DNA of 36,432 bases from Myxococcota bacterium (lineage in GTDB: Bacteria; Myxococcota; JACRCW01), in the NCBI GenBank assembly GCA_040752415.1, contig JBFMGU010000096.1, forward strand, positions 1 to 36,432, given 5' to 3'. The notes beneath the pieces were generated by a model. It was not told where the DNA came from. It worked only from the letters and a program-made list of their open reading frames with translations, and did not search any database. Below, one piece after another: positions 34,845-36,432 of the stretch. Made by a program: the position numbers and the translations under genes. The stretch's first letter is position 1; each line of letters begins with the position of its first letter.

Positions 34845-35924
34845 TCACTCCCCGCCCATCATGGTCCCGGCCAGGGCCACGGCCACGCCGGCAAGCACGC
34901 CCACCGCGCCAGCCAGGCCAAAGGTGGCAGCTCCCGCGAACAGCACCCCCGAGACGATCTGGAACACCACGATCTGCGTCTGGTTGGCGCGGATGGGACC
35001 GACGACGTTCCGCGGTCCCTCGGTCTGGTTGACCGTGAAGAGGTACGCGCTGAAGGCCACCACGGCGCTCGCGGAAGCCAACGCCGCCGCGGCCACCACC
35101 AGGGAGAGCAACCCGCCACCTGCGCCCACCGCGCCGGTGCCGGTGACGGCGTAACGCATCCCGCCGCCCTCCTCCTGCTCCTCGGGCGCCGCCTCCGTCG
35201 GAGTGGCCTGCGCGCCCACGGTGGCGGCGGGGGCCGCGCCGGGGACGGAGGAGAGGGTCACCTTCACTTCGGTGGACTCCCCCACGGGGATGTTGACGTC
35301 GACGGTCTGCGGCTCCAGCCCTGCCTTGCTGACGGTGATGCGGTGCGCGCCCTCCGGGATGTCGTTGAGCGTCAGCGGGCTGGCGCCCTTGTGCTCACCG
35401 TCCAGCTGCACCACCGCGCCGGGCGGCGTGGTCAGCACCACCAGGCGCGTGGGCTTCACCGGGCCCAGCAGCGCGCGGAGCGCCTGACGGGCCGCGCCCA
35501 CGGTGGAATCCGGCTCCTGCAGCGGAACCGCGGCCATGCGCGTGGGCTTCTGCGGCTTGAGGTGCACCAGCGTGAGCACCACCTCCTTGCGCGGGGTGGA
35601 GCTGGCGGCGGCCAGGATCACGGCGTCGGCCTTCAGCGTGTCACCGGCCTTGCGGATGCACACGTCGTCCATGCCGCTGCAGTTGAGGGCCAGGGCAAGC
35701 TCATCCAGCGAGATGGCGGGGGGCTCCACCCAGCGGTAGTTCGCGCTGCGCTCCACCTCGGTGCGCAGGCCGGCCTGCAACGGGGAACGAAGCTCCGGCG
35801 TCAGCAACGGCGAGCTGTCCACGAGCAGAATCACCGACCGCCCCGACGGAGCAGGGTTGGCCGGCTTGGCCATGGGGAGCATCAGCGCGGCGGCGCACAG
35901 GAGAGCGACCATTGTGTCCATCAA
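34845..35924 (-). CDS. PEGA-domain protein with C-terminal Gly-rich hydrophobic hairpin
   Basis: Signal peptide; LNCSGMDDVCIRKAG; LVVLTTPPGAVVQLDGEHKGASPL (PEGA); two C-terminal hydrophobic segments. Confidence 0.85.
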   Translation of the reverse strand: MMDTMVALLCAAALMLPMAKPANPAPSGRSVILLVDSSPLLTPELRSPLQAGLRTEVERSANYRWVEPPAISLDELALALNCSGMDDVCIRKAGDTLKADAVILAAASSTPRKEVVLTLVHLKPQKPTRMAAVPLQEPDSTVGAARQALRALLGPVKPTRLVVLTTPPGAVVQLDGEHKGASPLTLNDIPEGAHRITVSKAGLEPQTVDVNIPVGESTEVKVTLSSVPGAAPAATVGAQATPTEAAPEEQEEGGGMRYAVTGTGAVGAGGGLLSLVVAAAALASASAVVAFSAYLFTVNQTEGPRNVVGPIRANQTQIVVFQIVSGVLFAGAATFGLAGAVGVLAGVAVALAGTMMGGE

Positions 35925-36139
35925 ACCCTGGTTCCGGCTCGGTCTGTCAAGCCCGACCGCGCACTTGACCCTGGGCGGTTGGCGCGGTGGGAGCGTGCCG
36001 CGGGCTTTTTCGCTTGCGGGCGGCGTTGTGCGGTAGTGTGCCAGGGCATGGCGTGCCCGCAGCCGGGGCCGCGGGATGGATCAGAACCGCGGTCCCGGGC
36101 CGTCGCGCGGCCAGCCCAAACGACTCGCTCGGGAACAAG

Positions 36140-36432
36140 ATGCGCATCCAGTGTCCGCAGTGCAGCTCACAGTACAACGTCGACGAGAAGCGCATCCCGC
36201 CGCAGGGCGTGCAGATCAAGTGTCCCAAGTGTCTGCACGCCTTCGTGGTCAACGCACCGGCGGCCGCGCCGGCTGGGGGTGACAGCGACTCCACGCACGT
36301 GGGCGGGATGCCCTCCGACGGCGGCGTGGCCCTGCCCGGCGGCGGCGGCGGAGCCGTGGCGTTGCCTCGTGGCGGCGCGGGCGGTGGCGTTCCCCTGCCG
36401 GGTGGCGGTGGCGGCGGCGTGCCACTCCCGGG
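36140..36432 (+). CDS. MJ0042-type zinc-ribbon domain protein, runs off the right edge
   Basis: Manual translation MRIQCPQCSSQYNVDEKRIPPQGVQIKCPKCLHAF followed by Gly-rich GG(V/A)xLP repeats. Confidence 0.85.
   Translation, partial: MRIQCPQCSSQYNVDEKRIPPQGVQIKCPKCLHAFVVNAPAAAPAGGDSDSTHVGGMPSDGGVALPGGGGGAVALPRGGAGGGVPLPGGGGGGVPLP

Noticed and set aside
1..36432. tRNA/rRNA genes, integrases, transposases, prophage genes
   Set aside because: None recognised; intergenic gaps are short and no ORF carries the relevant motifs.

Overview
GC-rich bacterial DNA with roughly 32 real CDSs. Most other ORFs in the track are antisense or off-frame shadows caused by GC-biased codon usage. Gene content (PEGA proteins, Cys-rich lipoproteins, PrkA, MJ0042 zinc ribbon, orphan regulators) suggests a Myxococcota-like deltaproteobacterium; this is an inference. 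Recognisable genes: Wzx-like flippase (partial), ketopantoate reductase, two SPFH proteins, YkgJ-family protein, two lytic transglycosylases, a Phd/VapC toxin-antitoxin pair, a porin, PrkA, a NarL-type regulator, a PhnD-like protein, a CADD-like pABA synthase, SthA, two RNA methyltransferases and a 5'-nucleotidase. The most interesting locus is 2.0-5.9 kb. It holds an internally duplicated membrane protein, a long purine/pyrimidine hairpin, a sigma28-like promoter, a DUF1521/MIIA protein with a GDPH autocleavage motif and an SycD/LcrH-like TPR chaperone. Together these resemble an orphan type III-type cargo/chaperone cassette, with no apparatus genes in the window. Also notable: an SPFH-SPFH-pseudoreceiver operon, a REP-doublet-like inverted repeat, repeated membrane-hairpin protein + Cys-rich lipoprotein pairs, a catalytically dead HtrA-like domain fused to PEGA repeats, and apparent leaderless promoters. 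All calls come from reading motifs by eye; no database searches were run.
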